NCBI RefSeq assembly: GCF_006345805.1
Contig: NC_042997.1
Coordinates: 204,848,001 to 204,912,000, forward strand
DNA from: Octopus sinensis
Taxonomy: Eukaryota
Direction: 5' to 3'
Length of the DNA: 64,000 bases
This document shows positions 28,380 through 42,510 of the stretch, in pieces (position 1 is the stretch's first letter; each line of letters opens with the position of its first letter). Position numbers and translations under genes: made by a program. The notes below the pieces were generated by a model, which had not been told where the DNA came from, searched no databases, and saw only the letters and a list, made by a program, of their open reading frames with translations.

Positions 28380-28788
28380 GTAAAGATTGTTTGGCAACAT
28401 AACATGGCAGTCCTGGTTTAGTACTAATGTTGCTGTAATTTAGCCCCAGGAGACATCATCTCCGGCTGGCTATACGACATGATCTGTGTCCTTATATTTT
28501 TAAACAAGGGAATCTAGCACCCCCACTCAGCTCAAAATAATATGTGTATTGCGATTTTTGGGTTATTTCCGAACAATTATTCTGTGCCAATGAAGGGAAA
28601 AAACCCAGAAATTGCGATACACAGATATTGTTTTGAGCTGAGTGGGGGTGCTAGATTCCCTTGTTTGAAAATATAAGGATACAGATCATGTCGTATAGCC
28701 AGCTGGGGATGATGTCTCCTGGGGCTAAATTACAGAAACATTCGTCCTAAACCAGGACTGCCATGTTATGTTGCCAAACAATCTTTAC
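28380..28788. mobile_element. Fold-back MITE-like element with ~190-bp inverted arms and TA duplication
   Basis: Arms begin GTAAAGATTGTTTGGCAACATAACATGGCAG, with few mismatches and a ~30-bp spacer; TA at 28378-28379 and 28789-28790. Confidence 0.85.
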
Positions 28789-30721
28789 TACAATATCCCT
28801 GCTGTTGCACACAGACATTCTAAACTGTATCTTGAAAAGGACCGACTGATTAGTATCATGTTACCCGCAGGCATGCTGTCTCCTATCTCTGCCTTTTTCA
28901 TTGCCACAACAATGGCCTTTGCTCTTCTTAGCTGACTGAGCTCATAACCTGCTGACCCACTTGTCTCTCTCTCGTACTTTCATTACTTGTGTTCACTCCA
29001 CCCCAAGCCCTGCATTAATCCCTATACTCAATCCTTCCTTCCCAGAATATTACACCTTTCCTGCTGATGTTGATTTACAAAAGTTCAAAAGGAACATTAA
29101 TAGTTGTCTGGTTAAGAAGTTTGATTCCCAGTTCACTCCCACTGCACAGCATTTTAACAAGTGCCTCTTCCCCTTGTCCCAAACCAACCAAAACTTTATA
29201 CGAGTGGACTCAGTAGTTGGAAACTGAAAGAAGCTTGTGTGTGTGTGTGTGCTGAACAGCAGATCTTTGGAGAAGAAACCTCACTCAAGCAATTGTTTCA
29301 GCCCTTAATTATTAACACTATAAGGAGGCCTGGCTGCATCAAAGCCATGACCCCTGGATACCCCTCTGCTACTAAACTGTGTTATTGTCCGCAATGCAAC
29401 CCTGTATCTCTGCTGTTTCATTCACTGCACTGCGACCATGCTGAAGCTCTGCTTTGAATGGTTTTTAAGAAAAAAATTGACCCCCATATTTATTTTCAAT
29501 AAGCCTTGTTTGAAAAACAGGCGAGGGTTGGCATCAGGAAGGGATTCTGGTGGTAGATAAATCTGCTTTTAACAGATTCCATCTGACTCATGCACCTGTG
29601 CAAAATATAAAATGGTGACAACGATGAATCTCAGATGTAGGAAGATCAGTAAAACTCATTGGTACAGCTCGGTCCCCCCCCCGCCACACTGGCAAATGAA
29701 AGAAATAGAAAAGCAGCCAAGTGTATTGTTGTGTACATCTTACAACTGTGGCCTCAGTGTATTTCATGGTGTTACCACACCAAAACTAGTAGTGATGTAA
29801 TTGGGGAGAACTTGACAGTTGCTGCTGTCTGTGGTGATTCTTGGTTACAACCATCACATGGAATCAAGATAAGGGTACATGCATGAGTGTGTACATTTCT
29901 ATTACTTGTTTCAGTCATTTGACTGAAGCCATGCTGGAGCACCGTCTCTAGTTGCACAAATTGACCTCAGGACTTATTGTTTGTAAGCCTAATATTTATT
30001 CTATCAGTCTCTTTTGCCAAACTGCTAAGTTATGGGGACATAAACACACCAACATCAGTTCTCAAGAAATGGTGGGCAGACAAACACAGACATATATATA
30101 TATATCCCTGTGAGAGTCAGAGGTTGGGAAACCAACCAAGGGATATACAGCAGGTAGTGTACCCAATTATTCATACCCAAATGCTGGTTATTGCATGGCA
30201 ATCTTGCAATTGAGTGGGGGTATATATATTATACATACATACGATGGGCTTCTTTCAGTTTCCATCTACCAAATCCATATCAAAACTCCGTGTGCTTCCA
30301 TCTCTATGTTGCACACATGCACAACAAATCTCCTAATGTCTTCTCCATATCTCCAACATCTTCACAGATGCTATTGGACCAGCCATTTTGTGGCCAAACA
30401 ACCACATAAAAACTGGTTTATTTGCAGCCAAATCATCATCATCATCATCAACATTTAATGTCTGCTTTTCTATGCTAGCATGAGCCGGACAGAATTTGCT
30501 GATGCGGACTTATTATGGCCAGATGCCCTTCCTGTCACCAACCCATACCTGTTTCCAAGAAAGGTAATATTATCCTATGGCCAGACATATTTTTCATGGA
30601 AGACTGGAAACAAACAACCTTACCTGTATGATAATGATGCTCATTCACAACCATCATGTGATGCTTGGATAAGAAAAGTCACATACACATATATATATAT
30701 CACCATCATCATCTATATATA

Positions 30722-31255
30722 TATATATCATCATCATTTAACGTCCGTTTTCCGTGCTAGCATAGGTTGGATGGTTCAATCAGGGTCTGGGAAGCCAGGA
30801 GGCTGCACCAGGCTCCAGTCTGATCTGACAGTGTTTCTACAGCTGGATGCCCTTCCTAATGCCAACCTCTCCGTAAGTGTAGTGGGTGCTTTTTTACATG
30901 CCACCGGCATGGAAGCTAGTCAAGACGGCGCTGGCATCGGCCATGTTTGGATGATGTCTTTTACATACCACCGGCACAGGTATCACAACTACCATTTCCA
31001 TTTGATTTTTTGATGTTGATGTACTTGACTCAATAGGCCTCCTCAAGCACAGTTGGTCGCTCTACGTCCAAGGTAAGCACAGCAGGACGTCTTGCGATCC
31101 AAGGCACTTTGGATGGGCTGGGGCTTCTATGTGAAGCTGGTGCAGGAAACAGCCATGAACTCACGTTACTTGTCGGGTTTTCGCAATCACAGCGTATCTC
31201 CAGAGGTCTCAGTCTTTCACCATTGCCTCTGTGAGACCCAACGTTCAAAAGTCAT
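30722..31255 (-). mobile_element. RTE LINE 3' end (family B) including the last ORF codons
   Basis: Minus frame TEAMVKD*DLWRYAVIAKTRQVT*, followed by the family B UTR and a (GAT)n tail. Confidence 0.75.
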
Positions 31256-31287
31256 GTATATATATATATATATTTATATCTCTCTCT

Positions 31288-31820
31288 CTTTTACTTGTTT
31301 CAGTTATTTGACTGTGGCCACGCTGAAGTACTGCCTTTAGTCGAGCAAATCGACCCCAGGACTTATTCTATTGGTCTCTTTTGCTGAACCACTAAGATAC
31401 AGGGACGTAAACACACCAGCATTGGTTGCCAAGCGATGTTGGGGGCACAAACACAGACACACCAATATATACACACACGTACATATATATATATTTATAC
31501 AACGGGCTTCTTTCAGTTTTCAAATTCACTCACAAGGCTTTGGTCGGTCCGAGGCTATAGAAGACACATGTCAAGGTACCATGCAGTGGGTGAGACTGAA
31601 CTTGGAACCATGTGGTTGGCAAGCAACCATACTTACCACACAGCTACTCATATGCCTATATATATGATGGGTGTCTTTCAGTTTCTGTCTACCAAATCTG
31701 TTCATACACCTTTGGTCAGCCCAGTGCTATAGTAAACACCTGCCCAAGGTGCTGTATGGTGGTACTGAACCCAAAACCACATGGTTGGGAAGTAAGCTTC
31801 TCAACTGCACAGCCATGCCT
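31288..31820 (-). mobile_element. Family A SINE plus an adjacent partial copy
   Basis: Reverse complement of the family A sequence. Confidence 0.8.
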
Positions 31821-32159
31821 GCTCCAAATCTTCAAATCCCACCATGCCATCGTAAAAGGATCATCATCATCATCATTTAACATCTGCTTTCCATGGTTAA
31901 GATGGCTTGACATGGAGCTGTTGAGTCTCCAATTATCTGTTGTGGCATAGTTTCTATGGCTGGATACCCTTCCTAATGCCAACCACTAAACAGTGTTCTG
32001 GGTACTTTTTATGTGACACTAACATAGCAATGGCACAGATGCTTTTTAAGTGGCACCAACTCCTGAAAGGACAATCCTGTATGTGTGGAAGACAGTGGTT
32101 TTACTTAGCTTGACACATCAAGTACAGCAAATCACCACACCTCCTGGCCCCTTGTCATT

Positions 32160-32985
32160 TCCTCAGTGAGGCCCTTTCTCCCATATCTTCCTGCGTCTAC
32201 CCCTTCGACAGATCCCCCCCCCCCCCCACAATTAGAGCTCAGCACTTCTTTACGCAGCTGACATCATCCATACACATTACATGACCAAACCAGCACAGTC
32301 TTCTTTCTTGCACACAACATCTGATACCTCTTTTACAATTTTCCTCTTAAATCATTTAAACTCTGTTGTGCATACACACTGACATTACCCACCCAGTGGA
32401 GCATGCCAGCTTCATTTCTTTCAAACATTCACAAGTCCTCTGTAGCCATAGCCCATGTTTCACTGCTATGTAGCATAGCTGTACATACACAGGCATCATA
32501 CAGTCTTCCTTTCACCCTGAGAGAGAGGCCCTTAGTTACCAACAAAGGTAGAAACTCACTGAACTTCACCCAGCCCATTCTTATCCTAGCAACTACATTT
32601 TCAGAACTCCCTCTCCCACTGTTAATTTGGTCCCCTAAGTAACAGAAGCTATCTACTACTTCTAATGATCCTCCAAGCATTTGAGAGTCCTCCATTGTCT
32701 GTGCTTATTGTACCTGTGCATTTACCACATACAGACTATATTCTCCATTAATCTTCCTTTGATAGTGCTACACCTCATATGTGTCCAAAGCTTGCACTGG
32801 GTAAATAGGGAATTTCTACCAACACCCTTCTTACATATCGAGCAAGGCCAGGACTCATGATTTGACATTTCCTTACTTACTAGGACTTTGGTTTTTGCTA
32901 GATTAAATCCAAGGCCCTTAGATTCCAGACCTTGTTTCCACACTTGAAATTTCTTCTCTAGGTCAGGTAGTAATTCAGCTACCAC
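32160..32985 (-). mobile_element. RTE-clade LINE RT C-terminal fragment
   Basis: LEKKFQVWKQGLESKGLGFNLAKTKVLV, LEVVDSFCYLGD, ARIRMGWVKF, KGRLYDACV, MLHSSETW. Confidence 0.9.
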
Positions 32986-33154
32986 TGTGCAAGTATGCTC
33001 TACTATAGCCAAGGCCAACCAAAGCCCTGAGAGTAGATTTGGTAGACGGAAAGTGAAATAAACATTATAAATATATTTTTTTATTAATATTTAGCAGCAG
33101 CAACAGAGTGACTCAAGGGCCAAGAGTTTCATGTCTTAACACTTATTAGACCTA

Positions 33155-33257
33155 TGAAGCTTGCTTCCTAACCACATGATTCTGGGTTCGGTCCCACTGA
33201 GTGACACCTTGGGTAAGTGTTTTCTACTATAGCCTCAGGCCAACCAAAGTCTTGTAG

Positions 33258-33303
<46 letters not shown>

Positions 33304-33530
33304 TATGTGTATGTTAGTTAGTTAACATATACATGTATGCGTCTCTGTGTTTGTCTGCCTACCATTTCTTGACAACTAATGGTGTGTTTATGTCTCCATA
33401 ACTTTGCGGTTCAGCAAAAGAGACTGATAGAATAAATATTAGACTTACAACAATAAGTCCTGGGGTCAATTTGTTCAACTAAAGACGGTGCTCCAGCATG
33501 GCTTCAGTCAAATGACTGAAACAAGTAATA
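33155..33530 (+). mobile_element. Family A SINE
   Basis: Same motifs; its 3' part forms an arm of the inverted duplication with 29791-30090. Confidence 0.8.
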
Positions 33531-36500
33531 GAAATGTACACACTCATGCATGTACCCTTATCTTGATTCCATGTGATGGTTGTAACCAAGAATCACCATA
33601 GACAGCAGCGGTCAAATTCTCCCCAATTACTTCACTCCATTATTGAGAAATGTAGTCCTACATATATAATGGCTTGAACCTACAAAAGTTAAAACTAATC
33701 ACCAACTGCACCTGTTAGGGAGTGCCAAGAAGCCAGGTGTACCCACTTCCCTCCATTGATCGACACAGCCAATCATTGCATGGATACTTAATGACAACCC
33801 TTCCCTCAGGGAGCTCGCTGGGTCTATCCTGCATTCCAGCTCCCCGTCTGTTCTGAGATCCAGTCCTTTTCATCTGACACCTAATCTTTGAAGTTTGCAA
33901 AAGGTATGTTTGAGTAGTTAAGCTTGCATTGCAATCCTGTGGTCTCAGGTTCAGTTCCACTGCATAGTATCTACTATAGCCCCGGGACATCCAATGCCTT
34001 GTGAGTGTATTTGGAAGATGGAAACTATGAGGAAGCCTGTTGTATATGTATGTTTGTCCCTCAATGAAGGTGCATGGCATTGTGGTTAGAATATTTGACT
34101 CAAAATCATAAGGTTATGAGTTCAATACCCAGCAATGTGTTGTATCCTTGAGCAAGACACTCTATGCCACATTGCTCCAGTTCACTCAATTACCAAAAAC
34201 AAGTTGTACCAGTAATTCAAAGGGCCAGTCTTGTCACATTGAATCTCCCTGAGAGTGCTCAGCCACTTGCACATTGATTTCATGAGCAGGCTGTTCCATT
34301 GATTGGATTGATTGAGACCCTTGCTGCAACCAACAAAGTGCTAGTTTGTCCCTTTTGATGCTTGACAACTGGTGTCCATTTGTAATCTCTCCCTTTTCAT
34401 ACCCAATAGTATTTTGTTGTTCTACAGGTTCCTCAGTGAGGCCCTTTCTCCCTGGGTCTACCTCTTCCACAGATTCCCCCAACAATTAACCGCTAGGTTA
34501 ACTTGACACTCAGATTGAATCTTAATGCTCATGCTTTCGACTCAACAACTCTCTTCATCTCACTCCGTTACCCATCCTCCTTTCTTTTTCAACTGGAGTA
34601 CAGCAGGACACAACCCCAGCTCCCCTGAAACACAAATCTCTAATCAACTGGCACAAAAAGAGATGATAGAGTAAGTAACAAAAGTTTTTAAAAAATAAGT
34701 ACTAGGGTTGATCTTTTTGACTAAAGCCCTTCAAAGCAGTGCCCTAGCATGGCCACAAGCTAAAAGACTGAAAATTAAAAAAAGACACAAAACAATAAAA
34801 AAAAAAGCCATCATTATAATAGCCAATAGTAAACAAAGATGCAAGAAATTAAAGACCGTTTATACTTTTGTTACCATATTCCTGTCAGCACACATAGACT
34901 TTGTTTCAATTAATTTTGAAAATGTAGAATTTAGTAAAATAACTTCTAAAAGATGAAATAGGATGTGGCAGTCCATGGTAAAACACATCTCTCCCTTTTA
35001 ATACCAGATGGTCTTTTGTTGTTCTACAGGCTTGTTAACACTGCTAGGCTAACTTGACACTCGGTTGAATCTACGTGCTCATGTTTTTGACTCACCAGTT
35101 CTCTTTATCTTACTCTGTAACCCACCTTCCTTACTTCAACTGGAGTACAGCAGGACACAACCCCAGCACCTCTGAAACTCTAATCAATTGGCAGAAAGCC
35201 ATCCAAGCACCCAGTACACACTGTAATGTGGTTGGCATTCAACTGCCAAAACAAACAATGGAGCCTGGCGCAGCCCTTGAACTTACCAGTTCCGACAAAC
35301 CCATGACAACATGGAAAACAGACGTTAAATGATGACGATGATGAAAGGGGCAATGTGAAGTACCTTACCCAAAGCTACAACACACCTCTTGCACTGGAAT
35401 TCAACCCATGGTCTTATAACTGAGAGCCCTGCATGCACACCTCAAACACACTTGTATATCCTCATTTAACATCTGCTTTCCTATGGAGTTTTGGTGAGGC
35501 AAATATACTATGTGTAGATGCCCGTCATGTTGCCAATGTTCACTTGTTTCCAAGGCAATTTTTCCTCGGAGCTGAACATGTTTATATAGAAGCTAAGAAA
35601 CGAAGATACCACTTGTATGACTGACATTTGTTTACAACAACCATACAATGACAAGCAGATACCAACTCACACACAAGCTTCTTTGTTTCCATTTACCAAA
35701 TCTACTCAGGGATTTGGCCAGCCTAGGACTATAGTTGAAAACACTTTGTCCTAGGTGCCATGCAATGGGCCTGAATTCAGACCCAAGAAACAAACAGCTT
35801 AACCAGACATGCCTACACCTATGTCATATTTAATAATTGCACTCCTTCACATACTGAGGTATGGCTTTTTTAGTGATTGTTATTTTGCCACAAGTGAATC
35901 CTGGTCGAACAAACTCCAACGGTGACCTTTCTGCCTTTTCTCTGTATACACGGCTACCTACAAGCACCTCAGCCAATTTACTATTCTATTCTGAGACATG
36001 TGAGAGGAATTAAGCTGGTATTTCTAACAAGTCAAGTGACTGCATAGAGGGTCTACTCATTGACTTAGAATCAAACTCCTTTTAGCGAAAGAAGAGACGA
36101 AAGGGAAAAACTGATCCATAGTAGAGCAAGAAGGGTCAAGTTCAGAAAAATCCATGCTCTAATGGGTGAAAGTATAAAGTTCCTTCTGAGTCATATACAC
36201 TCATTGAGCCAGTTTCCTGATTTCTGTGCTGTACATATTCCCCACTGGACCGGATGTCAGTTTGTCACCCCACAGCTCTAACATCAACAGCACACTGATC
36301 CACCCTCCCTCCATCCAGGTTTCCCTTTTCCTCTATCTCCCACTTTTACAAACGTACCAATGCACAGTGTCCATTCTTGGACTTTTTCACATATCCACCT
36401 CCCTGCAACTCTTTCCCACCCTCTTCCCATTCTTTTCCAACTGGGGTAGCCACGTATCTCCTCTACAGCAAGACACCCACTCCCATCCCTCTTTCATCTC

Positions 36501-36719
36501 CCTCAATATAATTTCCACCCACCTCAGTTGAAGGGTTTTGTCGTGTGAGTTAGTTAGTACTCTCACTGGCGTTGGTACCATGTAAAAGCACCCGATACAC
36601 TCTGTAAAGTGGTCGACATTAGAATGATCAATCAGCTGTAGGAACCATGCCAAAGCAGACATTGGAGGTTGACACAATCCACTGGCTTGCCAGTTCCTAT
36701 CAAATTGTCCAACCCATAG

Positions 36720-36966
36720 CCTTATAAAAGAGTCCAGTTTGCTGGACATTGTTGTAGAGCTGAAAACGAGGTAATTTCTACTCTTCTCCTCTGGAAGCCA
36801 TCTGCTCGTGATGCCAGAGGGCGCACACTCTCCTACCCTGAAGTAATCTCCAGGGATACAGGCATCCAGCAACAGGACCTCCGTAATGCTATGATGGACC
36901 GTGAAGTCTGGCGTAACAGAGTAAATTCCATTGTCTCGACCACGGTCGAACAATGAATGAATGAAT
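36720..36966 (+). mobile_element. 5'-truncated RTE-like LINE 3' end with open frame and (TGAA)n tail
   Basis: RVQFAGHCCRAENEVISTLLLWKP...RGRTLSYPEVISRDTG...AMMDREVWRNRVNSIVSTTVEQ* (stop 36954-36956), then TGAA repeats; nested in a family B tail. Confidence 0.8.
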
Positions 36967-37577
36967 ACTGTCATGGAAAACAGATGTTAAATGGCGATGA
37001 TGATGATGATCTCAGTCATCAATTGACCAATTAGCATTGATCCAACTCCATAAAACTAGCAGAAAGGGCAAACAAAATGCAAAATACAAGCAACTGATGA
37101 CCTGCAAGATAAATGTTTAACAGAAAAATGTTGACTAAGTTATAACATTTGATGAAGAGTTTTACATTTTCAATTTTATGTTTACAAAAATAATATTCAG
37201 TGTGTTTGTGTGTGTGTTGTTTCTTACATCAATACCAATTGCAGACATGGTGGGAAACAAAAAGTTTTGATGTGTAACAATGTGTAAACTAAAAATGGCA
37301 AAACAAGAACAAAAAAAAAAGGTAATGAATGAAACAAAATTGGTGTTGCATGACAAAAATTGTTTTTTGCGGTTGAGCAAAACTGAACTATTTGCTAGCA
37401 TCTTACCAGTTCTAAAGTTGTAAAATCTAGGGTGATTCTGAATTATGAAAGAATATTTCGAAAGATGGTTAAAAAATATTTAAAAAAACAAAAAAAAAAA
37501 AACTCAAAAGCAGATTACAAACTAAAACGATGCAGAAAAAGAAATATTTAGAGTTTAATAATAATAATAATAATAAT

Positions 37578-37618
<41 letters not shown>

Positions 37619-38242
37619 GATATCGTTTTCACAGAATGTTTTTTTTTAAACTGAAAAACAGTTATTTACAAAAATAATGATGCAAAAATGAAGAATGCAA
37701 ATAGTCTATTACACATTAAAAAGCAAAACTAATAGAAATATTGCTGATAATAAAAAAAAAAAAAAAAGGCTAAATTAATTAACAGAAATAATGTTCCATG
37801 AATTACTTCTCCCATACAAACAGGCTGGAAGAAAGAAATTCATCATTGCTTTAAGATTTAAATAAATAAATAAAAAGAATCAAACGAAAAATCTAAGAGT
37901 AGAAAGAATTCATTCATTGAAGAAAAAGGAAGACAAAGCATGCATGGCAGGGGAACTATTACTGGTTTCAAATTTTAGCACAAGGCCAGCAGTTTGGGAG
38001 GCGGGGGGGGGGGAGTCGGTTAAACCAATCCATGCGCCTCCCCACCCGCCCGAGCTGAACAGGTACTTATTTTACCAACCCCAAGAGGATGAAAGCAAAG
38101 TTGGCTACGGTGGAATTTGAACAGAGAATGTAAAGATGGACAAAATGGCGCTAAGCATTTTGCCCAGCATGGTAATAATAATGGTTCTGTGAGTTCACCA
38201 CCTCGTAAGTTGAACTATTTGAATTTTAGTAACTGATATATA

Positions 38243-38626
38243 CTCTTTTTACTTGTTTCAGTCATGTGACTGTGGCCATGCTGGAGCACCGCCTTTAGTC
38301 GAGCAAATCGACCCCAGGACTTATTCATTGTAAGCCTAGTACTTATTCTACCGCTCCCTTTTGCCGAACCGCTAAGTTACGGGGACGTAAACACACTAGC
38401 ATCGGTTGTCAAGCGATGTTGGGGGGACAAACACAGACACACACATATATATATACATATATACGACGGGCTTCTTTCAGTTTCCATCTACCAAATCCAC
38501 TCACAAGGCTTTGGTTGGCCCGAGACTATAGTAGAAGATACTTGCCCAAGGTGCCACGCAGTGGGACTGAACCCGGAACCATGTGGTTCGTAAGCAAGCT
38601 ACTTACCACACAGCCACTCCTACGCC
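38243..38626 (-). mobile_element. Near-intact family A SINE
   Basis: Reverse complement of the full element with CpGs retained. Confidence 0.88.
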
Positions 38627-38904
38627 TATATATATCATCATTATTATTCAATATCCACTTCTGTGCTTGCATGGCTCTCAATTTATTGAGGCCAATTTCC
38701 TGACTAAAGGCCCTTACTATCATCTATATATGCACACATCATATGTATAATATATATGAATGTAAAGTGGTTGGAATTAGGAAGGGTGTCCAGCTACAGA
38801 ACTATGCCAAGGCAGACACAGGAGCATGATACAGCCTTCAGATTTGTCACCCTGTCAAACCATACAAGCATGCAATGTGAATGTTAAGCGATGATGATAC
38901 ATAA

Positions 38905-38953
<49 letters not shown>

Positions 38954-39128
38954 GTGCATTTATAATTATATATGATGAGAATTAATGAGATTTAAGACAA
39001 TAAATGAAAACATACAGAAAGGAAATAAGAGAAAGTAACAGCTTGGATTGCGACTCTCATTCTTTCTTGTCTAAATGTGTAAAGGACATATTTGTGTACA
39101 GATCTTTCTGAGTCAAGGAAACCAAATG

Positions 39129-39169
<41 letters not shown>

Positions 39170-41352
39170 TGCATTCTATTCTTCCCTTTTCTCGGTCTTT
39201 TCTTTCCTTCCTTCCACACTTACAAAAAAAAAAATAAAAAATAAAATAACTGTCAAAAATAATAAAATATTCAAAATTGATGAAAAGCTTGGAAGTTTTT
39301 TTTTTTTGTTTGTTTGTTTGTTTTAAGATTTTTTTTTTTTTCCTCTATGAACTTCAAAACAGCTTTTAACAACTCCTAGGTCTTCTTTCATTGTCCAACT
39401 TTAAAGGAAGTCTATTTCGAGGGAGAGAACTGCTTTCACCGATTCAGAATGAAACTCGTTACTAGGCTGCAGTCACATGTTCACAACCCACTTAGCTAAA
39501 ATAATTGTTTTCTCAGGTTGGAGTTTTTTTTTCCCCTCTTTCTTTTTCAAACTTGGTAATAAAAAAAATTATTATAGAGAAGTAGGATGTTAGTAATGGG
39601 ACTAAACTATTCTGTGCTCTGTTAGTAACTCCTATCAAAGACACAAGTGTCATGCCGACATTTAGGGCCCATTAAGAGGGAGAGATGGTAGAATGCTGTA
39701 CCACTTTTAACAAAATACAGAAATGAAAGGGTTGTTAAGAGATTTGTTAATAACTGGCTTATAAACCAATTAATTATTTGTAAAATGGGACTAAGTAGTT
39801 CTAATGAAACAAAGCATTTTAATCCTTTCTTTACCTGAAGAGGCAGACCAAGTCGTGACTCTACTAAGCTCCCCAAAAAACTCAGAATCTAAAATAAGAC
39901 AGCAACGAAAAGTGGTCATACATAATAACCAAATGGAGTTATTCGAAAAACTTTGTGTGTATGTGTACATATATATATCTATATATTTATGTATATATAT
40001 ATATATATATATATGTCAACAACCTTCATTTAGAATTCATACCATATTACACAGCTGGGAAATAGGTTTTAGTTGCAGAACAATTTAATCCAATGGAACA
40101 AACATGTACACAACTACAGAGTTCCAGTAATACAGGGACTTCACTAGAAAGACCATAAATAGGGATCCCCCCCTCTTTTTTCTTTGTATTGCATGGTTAT
40201 TTGAGCAGATATCCTTTTGGGGAGATTGCCATATGAAGAACTCAAGACATCTTTATACCAGAAGAATTAGCAAATCAATCTATGCCTATATTTTAAACAA
40301 CATACACAGAAAAAGGGAGCCAATTGATAGCATCATTTACAGTGGACTTGTCGTACAGACTACAAAGCAAATCCCTTCCAGAGAGACAGGGGACTGTTGG
40401 AGCATTTACAAGATGACTGAAAATAGATAAATTTTCACTCTTATAGCAAAGACATTGTCATCCTCCCTGCTTCTCAAGACATACCATTGTATTGGCAAGA
40501 AACATAATTCTGATGAGCACCAAGAAAAAAATTGGTTATCATAGTCAATCCCCAAGATAATCTTGGTCAGTTTAACTAAGATCTTTTCCAGGAAGGAGTG
40601 AAATACTGCTTACGAAGGAATGCCATCAAAGGTAACTTAACCATTCATCAGATACTAGATGGTGGAATTCTTTAAAAAAAAAAAAAAAAAAAAAAAACAA
40701 TTCCGAAAAATGTCACAAAAATTGTTTTAAGTGGGATCTAACAAATCCTGTTAGTGCTTCGTTCAACTTCCAAACCACTCACAGATTCTGTGCCTTGTCT
40801 TGCAGAATTCTTGTTGACTCACAATCCATCAGCTTTGATCAATCTGATTGCTCACAAAGTATTAAGTATATATGACAAGATGCTAGAGAAGTATTCTGGA
40901 GCTGACTGATAGAATAATGCAAGTCTTAGCAAAATAGAGAGGTCAGTCAGTGCTTTGTCACTGAGAATCTGGCAAGAAAACATTGCCAAAACATTAGGAT
41001 ACATTGTAAATAGCTCGTGTATAATTTTGAACGCATACTAGAAATGTCTTTTATAAGTAAGTGCTCCGACATCCACGAGGAACAACCAGTGTTTTGAAGC
41101 CAGGTCTTTATGCTATGCTAAGAGTTATCTATGAAAACCAAAATTGTCCCATATCAAACATTCGTCAGTTTGTAGTAATAGTGTAAGGTGTTACGATCCA
41201 GGCCCTTTCCAGGTCATTCAGATTATTAAATCGATAAATTCATATGCTATTATACCTTGATTGTTTGATCAGGTAGAGATTAAACCAGGGTTTCCATCTT
41301 ATGAGATGATTTACCTTTGAACGTAAGTGTCATGAGAGAACGTGTGTATATC

Positions 41353-41385
<33 letters not shown>

Positions 41386-42194
41386 ATATATATATACACA
41401 CACATCACATTCACAATGTATGTATATTGATAACTCATCTACCAAATTTTGAGAAAATAACTGATCAATAAGAATTATTTCAATTTATTGATACAAATCT
41501 CGCTCTAATATACACTACCAGTCACTGTTTTTTGAAACTGTGGTTCACTTACGATTTGTTTTATTCAACGAAAAACAGAAAATGAGGGGCAGAAAGTGTC
41601 TGTATTGCGGAAGGAAGGCGACGAGACAAAATGAATCAAATGGGTATGGCAGAAACTCGGATAATAATAATAATAATCCTTTCTAACATAGGCACAAGGC
41701 CTGAAATTTTGGAGGAGGCGGCCAGTCGATTACATCGACCCCCAATACTCAACTGGTACTTATTTTATCGACCCCGAGAGGATGAAAGGCAAAGTCGACC
41801 TCGGCGGAATTCGAACTAATGATAATAATAATAATAAACAAAAACAAATTTTGGAGAGTGGGGACAGGGTATATAATCTCACCCCAGAAATTGTTTGTTT
41901 CAGACAAAAAGATGCTGCAATTTTTTTTGGTTTTTTTTATCTTCTATTTTTTTAAATGAGATATTTACACAAGTTCAAAAAATTATAAAAAAATATGGAA
42001 ACATCTCCATCTTGTATGTGTGTGTGTGTATGTATGTGTGTGTATGTATGTGTGTGTGCGTGAGAGAACAACATTGTCATCATTTAAGTTTTGTTTTAAA
42101 CAATCTTTGAAGATGCCATATCCAGTCAATTGTTTCTTTTTTTGTCTTTTTAACTTTTAAAAACATATCGCACATAAATATACATTAGTATAAC

Positions 42195-42202
42195 CTTGTG
42201 TC

Positions 42203-42249
<47 letters not shown>

Positions 42250-42510
42250 ATATATATATATGTGTGTGTGTGTATGTATATATATGTGTGTGTGTGTGTA
42301 TATATATATATATGTGTGTGTGTGTATATATATATATATGTGTGTGTGTGTATATATATATGTGTGTGTGTGTGTGTGTATATATATATGTGTGTGTGTG
42401 TATATATATATATATGTGTGTGTGTGTATATATATATATGTGTGTGTGTGTGTATATATATATGTGTGTGTGTGTGTGTATATATATATATGTGTGTGTG
42501 TGTGTTTGTG
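42195..42510. repeat. Alternating (TG)n/(TA)n compound microsatellite
   Basis: Directly visible, with higher-order alternation of blocks. Confidence 0.97.

Noticed and set aside
30480-31013. 177-aa ORF
   Set aside because: It reads through three different repeats and a microsatellite, with no domain.
36387-36974. 195-aa minus-strand ORF
   Set aside because: It is an antisense shadow spanning an RTE 3' end, a family B tail and a pyrimidine-rich repeat.
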